NCBI GenBank assembly: GCA_902630885.1
Contig: CACOWI010000004.1
Location: 8,762-72,761 of the forward strand
Direction: 5' to 3'
From: an uncultured SAR86 cluster bacterium
GTDB taxonomy: Bacteria > Pseudomonadota > Gammaproteobacteria > Magnimaribacterales > D2472
DNA: 64,000 nucleotides
This document shows, in pieces, positions 44,007 to 54,328 of the stretch. Position 1 is the stretch's first letter. Every line of letters starts with the position of its first letter. The position numbers were made by a program, and so were the translations under genes. The notes beneath the pieces were generated by a model that did no database searches, was not told where the DNA came from, and was given only the letters and a program-made list of their open reading frames with translations.

Positions 44007-45038
44007 TCAGACAAATATTACAGAGGGATTTTCCTTTTTATGTATGACTTCTCCAATAATATAACTTTTCATTCCAAATTCTTTTATTTTGTCAGATATA
44101 TCTGATGCTGCGCTCTTGTCAACAAATAGTGTCATGCCTATCCCGCAATTAAATACTCTATACATATCCTCATCAGATATGTTTCCGTTATCTTTAAGCC
44201 ATTCAAAAATAGATGGTATTTTCCAAGAATTTGAATTGATTTTTATGCAAAGGTCTTCTGTTATCGATCTTGGAAGGTTTTCTATAAGCCCACCTCCAGT
44301 AATATGAGAAATAGAATTAATTTTATAATTTAAAATCAAGTCTTTTATTAATCTTGGATAAAGAATTGTTGGCTTCAGACATTTCTTAGCTATTTGAGCT
44401 TTTTCATCATCGGTTGCTTTAGACTCTTTGATAATTTTTCTTATTAAAGAAAATCCATTTGAATGAGGGCCACTAGATTCTATACCAATTAAAACATCCC
44501 CATTTTTAACATTATCTTTTTTAATTATCTTATCTTTACTAACACAGCCTACTGAAAATCCTGCAAGGTCAAAATTATTATCTATGTAGTGACCAGGCAT
44601 CTCTGCAGTCTCTCCACCCAAAAGCGCACAATCAGATTCGATACAAGCACTTGCAATACTTTTGACAACAGTAGAAGCCTCATTAACATTGAGCTTAGAC
44701 GACGCATAATAATCAAGAAAAAAAAGAGGCTTGGCTCCACACACCACTAAATCATTAACACACATTGCAACAAGATCTTGACCAATTCCTGATAGGTCAC
44801 TGTATTCCTGAGCAAGTGAAACTTTTGTTCCAACGCCGTCTGTACAGGCAACTAGTATTGGATTCTCTATATCATTATCAAGCTCGTACATTCCTGCAAA
44901 GCCACCAATGTTACCTAGGACATTTTTGTTGTGAGTTGCTGCAACATTTTTTTTAATTTTATCAACTAAGTCGTTACCAGCATCGATATCAACTCCAGCT
45001 ATTTTATATGGATCATTTTCTATAATTTCTTTTGTCAT
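44007..45038 (-). CDS. purM: phosphoribosylformylglycinamidine cyclo-ligase (AIR synthetase)
   Basis: 'YK.AGVDIDAGN', 'DGVGTK', 'GQDLVAMCVNDL', 'GGETAEMPG'. Confidence 0.93.
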   Translation of the reverse strand: MTKEIIENDPYKIAGVDIDAGNDLVDKIKKNVAATHNKNVLGNIGGFAGMYELDNDIENPILVACTDGVGTKVSLAQEYSDLSGIGQDLVAMCVNDLVVCGAKPLFFLDYYASSKLNVNEASTVVKSIASACIESDCALLGGETAEMPGHYIDNNFDLAGFSVGCVSKDKIIKKDNVKNGDVLIGIESSGPHSNGFSLIRKIIKESKATDDEKAQIAKKCLKPTILYPRLIKDLILNYKINSISHITGGGLIENLPRSITEDLCIKINSNSWKIPSIFEWLKDNGNISDEDMYRVFNCGIGMTLFVDKSAASDISDKIKEFGMKSYIIGEVIHKKENPSVIFV

Positions 45039-45065
45039 TTAGAATACCTTCATATATTAAAAAAA

Positions 45066-46085
45066 ATGAGATCTTTAAAACATATTTTATTTAGCCTTAT
45101 TATCTTTTCTAATGCTTGCTTTGGAAAGGAGTTTGACAAACTTTTTGTTGTTTACGAATCAGTTGAAACTGTATCTCAAATTGAAAAATCGATAAATAAT
45201 TCATTCAATACGATGGTTTATAGATTAAGTGGAAGTAATTCCCCATCGAATATATGGAAAATAATAAATGCAGGAAATTTAAGAAAAAATTTCATTAAAA
45301 GCTACTCAATCAAAAATATAAATGACAGCAGTTATTTAGAAATTAACTATGATAAAGATTTATTAATAGAAACCTTTAATGAACTTTCTATCCCAATTTT
45401 AAGCAGTTCTCGGCCTGTTATATTATTTTTAATTGAAATCGATTCAGGAATCGATGATCCATATTATTTAACAAGCTCAGAATCTTATTCCGAATTAGAC
45501 TCTTTTTTAAAAAATTTTTTAACAAAAGAATCTTCCTCAAGAGGAATTTTTTTAGAACTTCCAGAGATTGATTTAATGGATTTAAACGAACTAAGCAATT
45601 ATGAAAGACTTATTGATTACGAGGATATCATTTATGAAAAACATGCTTTTGATGAGTTAATAAAAATTAATATTTCTAAAATAGGTATTGATCAGTGGTT
45701 AATAGATGGCGACATTAATCAAACTATTGGCAATAAAAATTTTATTAATCTGTTCATAGAGCAGTTTACAAATTATACAAATACTAGAATAAACAAACTT
45801 CTTGAGAAAAATCTAATCAACATATCTCAAAAAGAAATTATTAATATCTCTGTTTCCAACATAAATTCTTTTGAGGACTATGAAAAATCAAAAGGAGCTA
45901 TAGAAAATCTTGTAGGATTTAGAGATATTGATATTAGTAGATTTGATATTGATACTGTTTTCTATAAATTAAGCATTTATGGTGATTTTGATTCAATTGT
46001 TAAAGAGATATCTGAAAGTAATTTTCTTAAGGTTACCGATCAATACAAAGAGAAGTCTGAGATAAATATTAATTTTATTAGATGA
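45066..46085 (+). CDS. secreted protein, DUF2066-like
   Basis: Signal peptide. Sits divergent from purM and upstream of the CDP-alcohol phosphatidyltransferase and hda, an arrangement I recall from Pseudomonas-type genomes. Confidence 0.4.
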   Translation: MRSLKHILFSLIIFSNACFGKEFDKLFVVYESVETVSQIEKSINNSFNTMVYRLSGSNSPSNIWKIINAGNLRKNFIKSYSIKNINDSSYLEINYDKDLLIETFNELSIPILSSSRPVILFLIEIDSGIDDPYYLTSSESYSELDSFLKNFLTKESSSRGIFLELPEIDLMDLNELSNYERLIDYEDIIYEKHAFDELIKINISKIGIDQWLIDGDINQTIGNKNFINLFIEQFTNYTNTRINKLLEKNLINISQKEIINISVSNINSFEDYEKSKGAIENLVGFRDIDISRFDIDTVFYKLSIYGDFDSIVKEISESNFLKVTDQYKEKSEININFIR

Positions 46086-46633
46086 GAAAGTTCTTTATAT
46101 TTATTCCTAACTTGCTTACGATTGTAAGAATAGCTTTAGTATATCCAATTCTTAATAATATATTTTTAGGAAACTTTGAAATAAGCATTGTTTATTTCAT
46201 CATTGCTTCAATTACAGATGGATTAGATGGCTTTATTGCCAGAAAAATGAATTGGCAAACTGAACTTGGCACTCTTTTAGATCCTGTTGCAGACAAAATT
46301 CTTCTATCAGGATCTGTCTTTATATTATGGCTTAATCAATTCATTCCATTTTATATTTTTGTTATCTTTATCAGCAGAGATGTTGCTATCCTTTTAGGTG
46401 CCGCAATACGAATGACAATTATTGAATCTGATACTCCGACACCAAACTTTCTTGGCAAGCTAACGACTACTCTACAAATAATTTATATCGCAATTATTTT
46501 CCTTAAAGAAATTCTCGATTTAGATTTTGCATTATTTGCTTTTGATTTATTTATAATTTTTGTAACTGTTCTTAGTTTGGTTGTATATGCGTATAATTGG
46601 ATTAGAGATCTTAGGACTTATCAAAATGAATAA
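46082..46633 (+). CDS. CDP-alcohol phosphatidyltransferase family protein (PgsA-like)
   Basis: Signature 'DGLDGFIARKMNWQTELGTLLDPVADK' (D-G-x2-A-R-x8-G-x3-D-x3-D). 183 aa, polytopic. Confidence 0.8.
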   Translation: MRKFFIFIPNLLTIVRIALVYPILNNIFLGNFEISIVYFIIASITDGLDGFIARKMNWQTELGTLLDPVADKILLSGSVFILWLNQFIPFYIFVIFISRDVAILLGAAIRMTIIESDTPTPNFLGKLTTTLQIIYIAIIFLKEILDLDFALFAFDLFIIFVTVLSLVVYAYNWIRDLRTYQNE

Positions 46634-47303
46634 GCCGCAACAACTTACATTTCCATGGAACAAACGAAATAAACTCACATTTAATGATTTTTTCTTTGAT
46701 TCACCTAACGAAGAAGTTAAATTAGCTTTGAAAAATAATGAGGATGTTTTTTTGTATGGAGCTGAAGACTCTGGAAAGTCATTCTTACTTCAATCCACAT
46801 GTAATTATTATGCATCTGATCATAAATCTTCAGTTTACATTCCAATTTCTCAAGCAATTAAGCATGGAACTGGTTTTATAGACTCATTGGAGGGACTCGA
46901 TCTTATATGTCTCGATGATATAGATTTAATTGCATCTAATAAAGACTGGGAAGTTGGAATTTTTAATCTCATAAATGACTGTCTTTCATCAAATTGTCGA
47001 CTAATTTTTTCTTCATGCAAAAATCCATCATCAATAAATTTTGATTTAGACGACTTAAGGTCACGAATAAAAAGGATCGACCATATTGAACTTTATCCAA
47101 TTAGAGATGCAAACTTGCCAGAAGCCATAAAATTTATTTCTCAACTCAGATCAATTAATTTGGGAGATAAAGAAATTAATTATCTTGTTACATATTCAAA
47201 AAGAAATATGTCAGATCTCATTGAAGTTATCAGTAAACTAGACCAGCTTTCGATGGAGTTAAAAAGAAAAATAACAGTACCGTTAATAAAAGAAATTATT
47301 TAG
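46626..47303 (+). CDS. hda: DnaA regulatory inactivator Hda
   Basis: 'QQLTFPW......F.DF', degenerate P-loop 'LYGAEDSGKSFLLQ', box VII-like 'DLRSR'. I chose the ATG at 46626 (overlapping the upstream stop) over the track start at 46581. Confidence 0.7.
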   Translation: MNKPQQLTFPWNKRNKLTFNDFFFDSPNEEVKLALKNNEDVFLYGAEDSGKSFLLQSTCNYYASDHKSSVYIPISQAIKHGTGFIDSLEGLDLICLDDIDLIASNKDWEVGIFNLINDCLSSNCRLIFSSCKNPSSINFDLDDLRSRIKRIDHIELYPIRDANLPEAIKFISQLRSINLGDKEINYLVTYSKRNMSDLIEVISKLDQLSMELKRKITVPLIKEII

Positions 47304-49134
47304 TATTGAAATATTCACACTCAAAGCAAAAAGATATCATATCAACGTCTTTCTCTTCGTTTATAAATCTATATTGATTATTCATTAAATTTAATATTTT
47401 TTTTGATTTAGCGCCAAAGTTGAATTCAATATCAAAATTATCAAGAAGTTCATTTATAAAAATTTCAAAAGGATCTAAATCTTTGAAATATCTTTCTACT
47501 TTATAGTTATCAATTTCGGCCATTGCTGATGCAGATGCTATCGCATCATCTAGCTCTCCAATTTTGTCAATTAAGCCTAATTGTAAGGCTTTTTTTCCAG
47601 ACCATATTCTTCCCTTAGCAATAGCATGAACCTCTTCATAACGCATATTTCTATTCGCAGAGACTTTATTTACAAATTTGTCGTATATATCATCAACCGA
47701 AGCTTGTATTGCACTTGTAACGTTTTCAGGCATTTCTAATCTGGGATCCCAATTGGCTGCATCAGTTGAACTAACTCCATCAACTTGAATTCCTACCCAG
47801 TCATATAAGTTTTCAATAGTTGTAAGCACACCATAAACTCCAATTGAACCAGTCAAAGTTTCCTCTTTAGCCCATATTTCATCAGATAGCGTTGTTACCC
47901 ATACTCCGCCTGATGCAGCAATATCTCCCATTGAACTTACTATTGGTCTATTAGTATCTTTAAATTCATTTAGTGCATTTGTAATTAATTCGCTGGGATA
48001 AACTCCGCCACCAGGACTATTGACTTGAAGAACAAGAGCTTTAACGTCATCATCCTTTATTGCTTTTCTGATATTTTTAACAATTGTATCTGAGCCTGCG
48101 ATACCGTACATAGATTCACCAGTAGAAATAGCACCTTCAATGTTAATAACTGCAATTTTATTCTTGGAATTATTTTCTTCAGATTCAATAGTAGATAAAT
48201 AGTCATATATTGATATTGAGTCAGGCAATTTATTTACGTCATTATCTTTATTTGGATATTCATCAAAGAACCAATGTCTTAATTCCTCAACTGTAAAAAC
48301 CATATCCACTAATCCTTGATTGAGAGCAATTTGGGAAACTTCTGGCTCTTCTAGTGCTAATTCCCAGAAAGAGTCACCATAATTTTGAATTGTTCCACTA
48401 TCAAGATTTCTTCCACTTTCCATAAAATCTGTCATTTTTTTCCATAGAGGGTTAGCAAACTCATTCCATTGGGTTTTATCCTCTTCAGACATAGTGTTTC
48501 TAGTGAAATTTTCTGGACCAGTTTTCCATTCTCCAGCGATAAATACATGTTGGTTTAATTTAATATTTTCATAAAGATCTTTTACGTACTCTCTTTTTCT
48601 TGAAAAACCAAAGGAGGATACTTGACCGTATTTATTCAATATAATTTCATTTGCTTGTGAACTTATTAAAAAAGCATTGTTTCCAAAGTTTTCACCATAA
48701 GCTATTACTCTTTTGCCCTTGTCTTTAATGTTTTTAACTGCATTGGCAATTTCAAATGCCGAGGCGTAATACATTCCTAGTTCAGATACGTTAATATAAA
48801 TTGCAGCAAGGTTTTTATCATCAGCTGCATTTTCTAAAATCTTAATTAGATCTTCTAATTCATGCTGTTGTATGTCAGTCGAACCAAGAAGAAGAGCATC
48901 AAGAGATGCCGATGAGTTTGTAGAACTATCTACCACTACTCCAACAGGCTTAAACCATAAAATTTTGTCTTTTGTTGAAATGCTCTCTTCTTCAGAAAAA
49001 AATGAACCAATTCCGCCTAAAAGTGAAAACGTAATCACTATAAGGACAACAACAGTGAATAAGTTAACAATAATTTTTCTTGATAGTGTTAAAAATTTAT
49101 CCGCTTTTGACCATATCGATTGAACTTTACTCAT
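47296..49134 (-). CDS. sppA: signal peptide peptidase SppA, 67K type
   Basis: N-terminal TM and duplicated ClpP/crotonase-like halves. 'SMGDIAASGGVWV' carries the serine region and 'GRIWSGKKA' the lysine region. Confidence 0.85.
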   Translation of the reverse strand: MSKVQSIWSKADKFLTLSRKIIVNLFTVVVLIVITFSLLGGIGSFFSEEESISTKDKILWFKPVGVVVDSSTNSSASLDALLLGSTDIQQHELEDLIKILENAADDKNLAAIYINVSELGMYYASAFEIANAVKNIKDKGKRVIAYGENFGNNAFLISSQANEIILNKYGQVSSFGFSRKREYVKDLYENIKLNQHVFIAGEWKTGPENFTRNTMSEEDKTQWNEFANPLWKKMTDFMESGRNLDSGTIQNYGDSFWELALEEPEVSQIALNQGLVDMVFTVEELRHWFFDEYPNKDNDVNKLPDSISIYDYLSTIESEENNSKNKIAVINIEGAISTGESMYGIAGSDTIVKNIRKAIKDDDVKALVLQVNSPGGGVYPSELITNALNEFKDTNRPIVSSMGDIAASGGVWVTTLSDEIWAKEETLTGSIGVYGVLTTIENLYDWVGIQVDGVSSTDAANWDPRLEMPENVTSAIQASVDDIYDKFVNKVSANRNMRYEEVHAIAKGRIWSGKKALQLGLIDKIGELDDAIASASAMAEIDNYKVERYFKDLDPFEIFINELLDNFDIEFNFGAKSKKILNLMNNQYRFINEEKDVDMISFCFECEYFNTK

Positions 49135-49193
49135 TTATTACTCCAAAAAAAGATTATGATGATATGACATATATAGGACTAAGTAAACGCATT

Positions 49194-49526
49194 TTAGTTC
49201 ATATTATTTATAATTCTTGGTCCATACATGGTGCTGATAAATAATGAGCATATAAGAAATAATTCAAGAATATCTAACCAGTATGCGGCTGTTCCAAAAA
49301 CTCTCAATGAGCACGATAGAAAGTATATGATCAACAAAAAACAAAACCATTGATAGGCTTTAATTACTAATTTATTTATAAAGATGCAAAAAATTAATAT
49401 GGGTAGTGCCCAAAAGATGTACATAAATATATCAATTCTTTGTTGAATAACATTAAAAAATTTTGAAATAAACAAACTTATGAAAATTAAATTTAAAAGA
49501 AATTTGTAATTAGTAATACTAATCAT
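49194..49526 (-). CDS. small polytopic membrane protein (possibly DUF2069, usual wrbA neighbour)
   Basis: Four hydrophobic segments. Overlaps the wrbA stop by 8 nt. Confidence 0.4.
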   Translation of the reverse strand: MISITNYKFLLNLIFISLFISKFFNVIQQRIDIFMYIFWALPILIFCIFINKLVIKAYQWFCFLLIIYFLSCSLRVFGTAAYWLDILELFLICSLFISTMYGPRIINNMN

Positions 49527-50115
49527 TAATTTTCATTACTAATTTGCCAAGCCTTGATCCAGTTTTTTTTGCAATTTCATATTCATCTTTTGTTAAATCA
49601 CTTGAGGAATTAAAATTTTCAACATGAGAGGGGCCGTATGGTGTTCCACCTGACTTTGTTTTATTTAGTTCATCAATAGAATAGGGCGTTCCAGCTACAA
49701 CCATTCCATGATGTAACATGAAAGTTATCAAACTAAAAAGAGTTGTTTCTTGACCACCGTGCATAGAGCTTGTAGATGTAAATGCTATGCCTGGTTTGTT
49801 TTCTAATGCATTTGTAGCCCACAAATCACCTGTTGAGTCCAAAAAATACTTTAATGGAGATGAAATTGAGCCAAACCTTGTTGGAGAACCCAAAGCAAGA
49901 CCGCTACAATTAATTAGGTCATCCTTAGTACAGTAGATTTCACCAGATTCTGGAATAACGTCTTCAATTTGTTCAACGTTTGATGATATTTTTGGAACTG
50001 TTCTCAAGCGAACATCTAAACCAACATCTTCAATACCATCGGCAATAGCATGCGCTAAATTTTTAACTGACCCAGATGAAGAATAAAATAATACTAATAA
50101 AAAATTCTTTTCCAT
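49519..50115 (-). CDS. wrbA: NAD(P)H:quinone oxidoreductase WrbA (flavodoxin-like)
   Basis: 'LVLFYSSSGSVKNLA', 'GSPTRFG', 'TSSMHGGQETT'. I chose the start at 50115 (MEKNFLLVLFY...) over the longer track ORF. Confidence 0.85.
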   Translation of the reverse strand: MEKNFLLVLFYSSSGSVKNLAHAIADGIEDVGLDVRLRTVPKISSNVEQIEDVIPESGEIYCTKDDLINCSGLALGSPTRFGSISSPLKYFLDSTGDLWATNALENKPGIAFTSTSSMHGGQETTLFSLITFMLHHGMVVAGTPYSIDELNKTKSGGTPYGPSHVENFNSSSDLTKDEYEIAKKTGSRLGKLVMKIND

Positions 50116-50142
50116 GTTTACATTTAAAGTTTTAATTATATT

Positions 50143-50604
50143 ATGTACGCGATGAAGTCTAAAATTATACAACTTTTCTGTTTGTTACTACTTTTTGCAT
50201 GTCAAAAGAATGACATTGAAGTATTTAATGGATCAAATACTAACCTTACCAAGCTTGAAGGTAGCTGGGTTGTAATAAATTATTGGGCTGACTGGTGTGC
50301 ACCTTGCATAAAAGAAATTCCAGAACTTAATGAGTTTGCGCATGAGAATAAAGATATATTTGTATTCACTTTTAACTTTGATCAACTCGATCGAGAAGAC
50401 TTAGCACCAATTGCAAAAAAATTTAATATAGAAGTCCCCTCGTTGGTAACCCACCCTCGAGATATTTGGGGTATTCAAACACCTCCAGCAGTTCCAGCTA
50501 CTTTTTTTATAAATCCAAATGGCGAATTATCACTTTCATTATTTAGACCACAAACAAAAGATGCGCTTAACGACATCTTATTGGATCTAAAGCAGACTTT
50601 CTAA
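50143..50604 (+). CDS. TlpA/ResA-like thioredoxin-fold lipoprotein
   Basis: Lipobox 'LLFAC' and 'NYWADWCAPCIKEIPEL' CxxC. An alternative ATG lies at 50152. Confidence 0.7.
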   Translation: MYAMKSKIIQLFCLLLLFACQKNDIEVFNGSNTNLTKLEGSWVVINYWADWCAPCIKEIPELNEFAHENKDIFVFTFNFDQLDREDLAPIAKKFNIEVPSLVTHPRDIWGIQTPPAVPATFFINPNGELSLSLFRPQTKDALNDILLDLKQTF

Positions 50605-51372
50605 AAAATTATCCTGAATGATTGATTCTGGATTGATCCTTACTTTATTTAAATATACTGTCCAATGTAAGTGAGGTCCTGTAACTCTTCCAGTTGATCC
50701 AACTTCTCCAATTTTTTGCCCCTTTTCAATTAATTCATTTTCATCAACAAGGACTGACGATAAATGACTGTATGAACTTACTAAACCAAAACCATGATCT
50801 ATTATTATGTAATTTCCTGCATAAAAGAAATCACCAACTAAAATTACTTTACCTTTTGAGGGAGATACAATTTTTGTTCCCTCAGCTGCAGCAATATCCA
50901 AAGATAGATGAGGAGATCTAGGCTGATCATTAATGTATCTCTTTTTACCATATCTGCTTGAGACAATACCCTCAACGGGATTTATAAAATTTAAATCAGG
51001 CACTAAAGATTTTGAATAGTTACTGAGTGCTTTTTGTATAATTTTAGATTCTTTGAAAGCCCTATCAGAATCTTCTTTACTTAGATTAACCATAGAATTG
51101 TTTTCAATAGTAATTCTAGATTCACCAAAATCTTTTTGATTAATATTTATTTTTTCACCATCGACGTATATTGAATCATTTTGTTTTTCAAATGGCAGTG
51201 GTATCAATTTATAAAGAGATTCATTAATTTCAACTATTAAATATTTATCAAGATCGTTATTTGAAGCTTTTATAGCAATTATTTCGCCAGGATCTCCAAA
51301 TCTTTCTGCATTAATGAAAAAAGAAATTAAACATATATAACAAAGAGCAGAATTTTTAAGCTTATTTCTCAT
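50587..51372 (-). CDS. M23 family metallopeptidase
   Basis: 'H.SLDIAA..GT.I', 'IDHGFGLVSSYSHLS', 'GSTGRVTGPHLHWTV'. Confidence 0.8.
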   Translation of the reverse strand: MRNKLKNSALCYICLISFFINAERFGDPGEIIAIKASNNDLDKYLIVEINESLYKLIPLPFEKQNDSIYVDGEKININQKDFGESRITIENNSMVNLSKEDSDRAFKESKIIQKALSNYSKSLVPDLNFINPVEGIVSSRYGKKRYINDQPRSPHLSLDIAAAEGTKIVSPSKGKVILVGDFFYAGNYIIIDHGFGLVSSYSHLSSVLVDENELIEKGQKIGEVGSTGRVTGPHLHWTVYLNKVRINPESIIQDNFLESLL

Positions 51373-52726
51373 TTTTTATTACTTCAACATCAAGGGAGCC
51401 TTTATTTAATCTAGTTTTTAAAGTTTCTCCTTTGCTAACATCTTCATAAGACTTTATTGCTTCACCTTTGCTATTAGTAACAATCGCATATCCTCTATCT
51501 AATATTGATAGTGGACTGAGTATTTCGATATTTTTAAGCAATTTATCAACTAAACTTTTATTAAGTATTATCTTTTGATTTATATTTCTATGAAGTCTTT
51601 CAGTAACTTGAATTAATTTATTTTTAATAAGATCTAATTTTCTAATTGGATTGTTAAAATTAATCTGAGAATCAATTTTTTCAATTTGATTCTTTTTATC
51701 ATTAATGATTGATTTTTGTTGTTTTTGCATTCTTAAATCCAGATTATCTAAATATTGATTTTTCTCTCTTAATAACGATAAAGGATCTTTTAATCTTGAT
51801 CGATTAGAATCTAGATTTCGTTTTAAGTCTTCGATAAAAGTTCTTATATTTTTATTTATTTTTGATTTAAATTCGTCTAACTTATCTAGGAGTTTAAAAT
51901 TAAATTCAGTGACAAGTTCTGCAGATGCTGTCGGAGTAGGAACTCTTATATCGCACACAAAGTCACAAATAGTAAAATCAATTTCGTGACCGACTCCGGA
52001 TATGGTTGGAATAGGGTATGAAAAAATTTCTCTCGCTAAATCTTCATTATTAAAGCACCAAAGATCTTCTATTGAACCTCCACCTCTAGCAAGAATGACA
52101 ACATCAATTTTGTCATTAGGATTTTTCTCATTGTGCAAAATTATTCTATTGAGTGCATTAATAATACTGACATGGGCATTGTCACCCTGAACCGTGGCGT
52201 CACTTAACGAAATTTTAGAATTTGGTGCTCTTCTTTCAACAGTTGAAATAATATCTTGAAATGCAGCAGTTGATGATGAAGTTACAATCCCAATATGATT
52301 AGGTGATTGAGGTATATCCACTTTGTTATCCAAACTAAATAATCCCTCGTTTTCTAATTTATTCTTTAGCTTTTCAAATTGTTGCATTAAATTTCCTGCA
52401 CCTGCAGGCTCAATAGTTTTTACGATTAATTGATAGTCACCTCGCGGAGCATAAATACTTACCTGACCTTTAAGCACACACTGATCTCCATTTTCAGGTG
52501 AAAAATTTAATTTCATGTTTTGATTTTTGAACATTGCACATCTTATTGCTCCTTCCTCATCCTTTAATGTGAAGTAGATATGTCCTGAACTGGGTCTTGA
52601 AAGGTTTGATATTTCACCAACAACAGATACATTGTTGAAGTTATTTTCTAATAGATATTTTGCGGATTTATTTAGTTCGCCTACTGAGATAATTTCATCA
52701 TTCTGCACTACAATGTCACTAGTCAT
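51362..52726 (-). CDS. xseA: exodeoxyribonuclease VII large subunit
   Basis: N-terminal OB 'VVGEISN.SRPSSGHIYFTLKDE', 'ARGGGSIEDLW.FN' and 'PTISGVGHEID'. Confidence 0.9.
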   Translation of the reverse strand: MTSDIVVQNDEIISVGELNKSAKYLLENNFNNVSVVGEISNLSRPSSGHIYFTLKDEEGAIRCAMFKNQNMKLNFSPENGDQCVLKGQVSIYAPRGDYQLIVKTIEPAGAGNLMQQFEKLKNKLENEGLFSLDNKVDIPQSPNHIGIVTSSSTAAFQDIISTVERRAPNSKISLSDATVQGDNAHVSIINALNRIILHNEKNPNDKIDVVILARGGGSIEDLWCFNNEDLAREIFSYPIPTISGVGHEIDFTICDFVCDIRVPTPTASAELVTEFNFKLLDKLDEFKSKINKNIRTFIEDLKRNLDSNRSRLKDPLSLLREKNQYLDNLDLRMQKQQKSIINDKKNQIEKIDSQINFNNPIRKLDLIKNKLIQVTERLHRNINQKIILNKSLVDKLLKNIEILSPLSILDRGYAIVTNSKGEAIKSYEDVSKGETLKTRLNKGSLDVEVIKNEK

Positions 52727-52743
52727 ATTGAAAGTATAACTTT

Positions 52744-53640
52744 ATGAAAACTAATTTTCAGCGAACAAATCACTTTCTTATCCTCACTCTTGGGGCTGTA
52801 CTAATTGGCTTTGCACCAATTTTTGTTAAGTGGAGCATGTTATCCTCATCAGCAATTAGCTTTTATAGAATGTTGCTAGCTATACCTTTTTTATTTTTAC
52901 TAAACTTAAAATTAAATAAAAAATTTAAGTTCACTGTAAACGATAGTAAAACAATTTTTTTTGCTGCACTTGCATCTTTAGCATTTACAACTGATTTAAC
53001 TCTTTGGCATTACAGTATGAATATAACATCCGTATCTAATGCAACTATAATAGTTAATTCTTCCCCTGTCTTTGTAGCTATTCTTGGTTATATATTTTTT
53101 AGGGAAAAACTTTCAAGAAGTTTTGTTGTATCTTTCTTGATTACTTATATTGGAATACTGGGGCTAATTTATTTTTCAAATAATTATGCCACCGGGAGAA
53201 TTGTTGGTGACATACTCTGTTTGATTGCAGCTTTTTTTTATGGAGTGTATTTATTAATAATTGCAAAATTAGGTAAAGAAAATTCTTTAAACATTATTTT
53301 TTATACAACATTATTTTGTTGCCTATTTTCGATAATTCCAATGTTTATTCAAGGAGGAAATATGATCCCATCTACTTCTTTTGAATGGATTAATTTATTA
53401 TTACTTGCCGTTTTATGTCAATTCGGAGGTCAATATTTAATTACTCATGGAATTGGAAAAATTTCTGCCTCAGAGGGATCTGTAGGACTTTTAATGCAAC
53501 CTATTACCGCAACTATCTTAGCTGCATTTATATTTGGTGAAATTTTAAATATAACTCAAATAATATTTGTATTTGTAGCACTTTTTGGTATTTATTTAGC
53601 TAGAATTAATCTAACTAGAAATCAGCAAAAACAAACCTAA
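52744..53640 (+). CDS. DMT superfamily (EamA-type) transporter
   Basis: 10-TM protein of 298 aa with two EamA-like halves. Confidence 0.75.
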   Translation: MKTNFQRTNHFLILTLGAVLIGFAPIFVKWSMLSSSAISFYRMLLAIPFLFLLNLKLNKKFKFTVNDSKTIFFAALASLAFTTDLTLWHYSMNITSVSNATIIVNSSPVFVAILGYIFFREKLSRSFVVSFLITYIGILGLIYFSNNYATGRIVGDILCLIAAFFYGVYLLIIAKLGKENSLNIIFYTTLFCCLFSIIPMFIQGGNMIPSTSFEWINLLLLAVLCQFGGQYLITHGIGKISASEGSVGLLMQPITATILAAFIFGEILNITQIIFVFVALFGIYLARINLTRNQQKQT

Positions 53641-53707
53641 CAAATCATATTATTTTTTTTCTAATAATAGTATTATTAGCACCCTTAATTGTTAATTAAG
53701 AAGGTTA

Positions 53708-53784
53708 GGGTGATTAGCTCAGTTTGGTAGAGCATCTCGTTTACACCGAGAGGGTCGGCAGTTCGAACCTGTCATCACCCACCA
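53708..53784 (+). tRNA. tRNA-Val (anticodon TAC), CCA encoded
   Basis: GGGTGAT-TA-GCTC-AGTTTGGTA-GAGC-A-TCTCG-TTTACAC-CGAGA-GGGTC-GGCAG-TTCGAAC-CTGTC-ATCACCC-A-CCA. Confidence 0.9.
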
Positions 53785-53831
53785 TTTAGGTTGAACTTTT
53801 ATTAATAACATATAATATGCAACCTTTATGT

Positions 53832-53906
53832 GGTCCGGTAGTTAAACGGTTATAATTCCGCCCTGTCACGGCGGCGTTCGGGGTTCGATTCCCCGTCGGA
53901 CCGCCA
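53832..53906 (+). tRNA. tRNA-Asp (anticodon GTC), CCA encoded
   Basis: Acceptor GGTCCGG/TCGGACC, anticodon stem CCGCC/GGCGG with loop CTGTCAC, T arm GGGG-TTCGATT-CCCC. Confidence 0.9.
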
Positions 53907-53917
53907 CTGAATTTAAT

Positions 53918-54325
53918 ATGGATATTCTAATCATTAGCCTTTTAATACTTTGCTACTCATTAGTTCTTGGGATCATCTTTGCCCAAGTTCTTTTAACGGC
54001 TCCAGTAGTTTTTAAGGTCTTAGATGATCAAAATGCATCTAAGTTTCTTCGAAAAATTTTCCCCCGATACTACGTATTGCTTTTATTAATTACCTTGCTT
54101 GCTTTATTAATATCTTATCTTTTTTTTAAGACATTCGATGTCTATATTGCAATTGTGGCTGTATTTTTTTCTTTCTTCGGATACTTAATTATTCCACTTA
54201 CAAATAGTGCTAGGGATAGAGGCTGGGATAATCTATTTAAATGGTTGCACAACTTGAGCGTGTTCAACACGGTTATAATTATAATAGTAGCTGTAGTTCA
54301 AATATTTCGAGCAACAACTCTGTAA
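53918..54325 (+). CDS. four-TM membrane protein, unknown function
   Basis: Hydrophobic 135-aa ORF that ends 3 nt before gpsA. Confidence 0.45.
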   Translation: MDILIISLLILCYSLVLGIIFAQVLLTAPVVFKVLDDQNASKFLRKIFPRYYVLLLLITLLALLISYLFFKTFDVYIAIVAVFFSFFGYLIIPLTNSARDRGWDNLFKWLHNLSVFNTVIIIIVAVVQIFRATTL

Positions 54326-54328
54326 ATC

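Noticed and set aside
50116-50172. N-terminal extension of WrbA (MYNFRLHRVHNIIKTLNVN)
   Set aside because: The flavodoxin-like fold begins at MEKNFLLVLFYSSSG. The extension would also overlap the divergent tlpA-like gene start.
53684-53700. AT-only inverted repeat CTTAATT-GTT-AATTAAG between the EamA gene and tRNA-Val
   Set aside because: Its thermodynamic stability is very low and such palindromes are expected by chance at this base composition. I cannot tell whether it would be a terminator or a promoter element.
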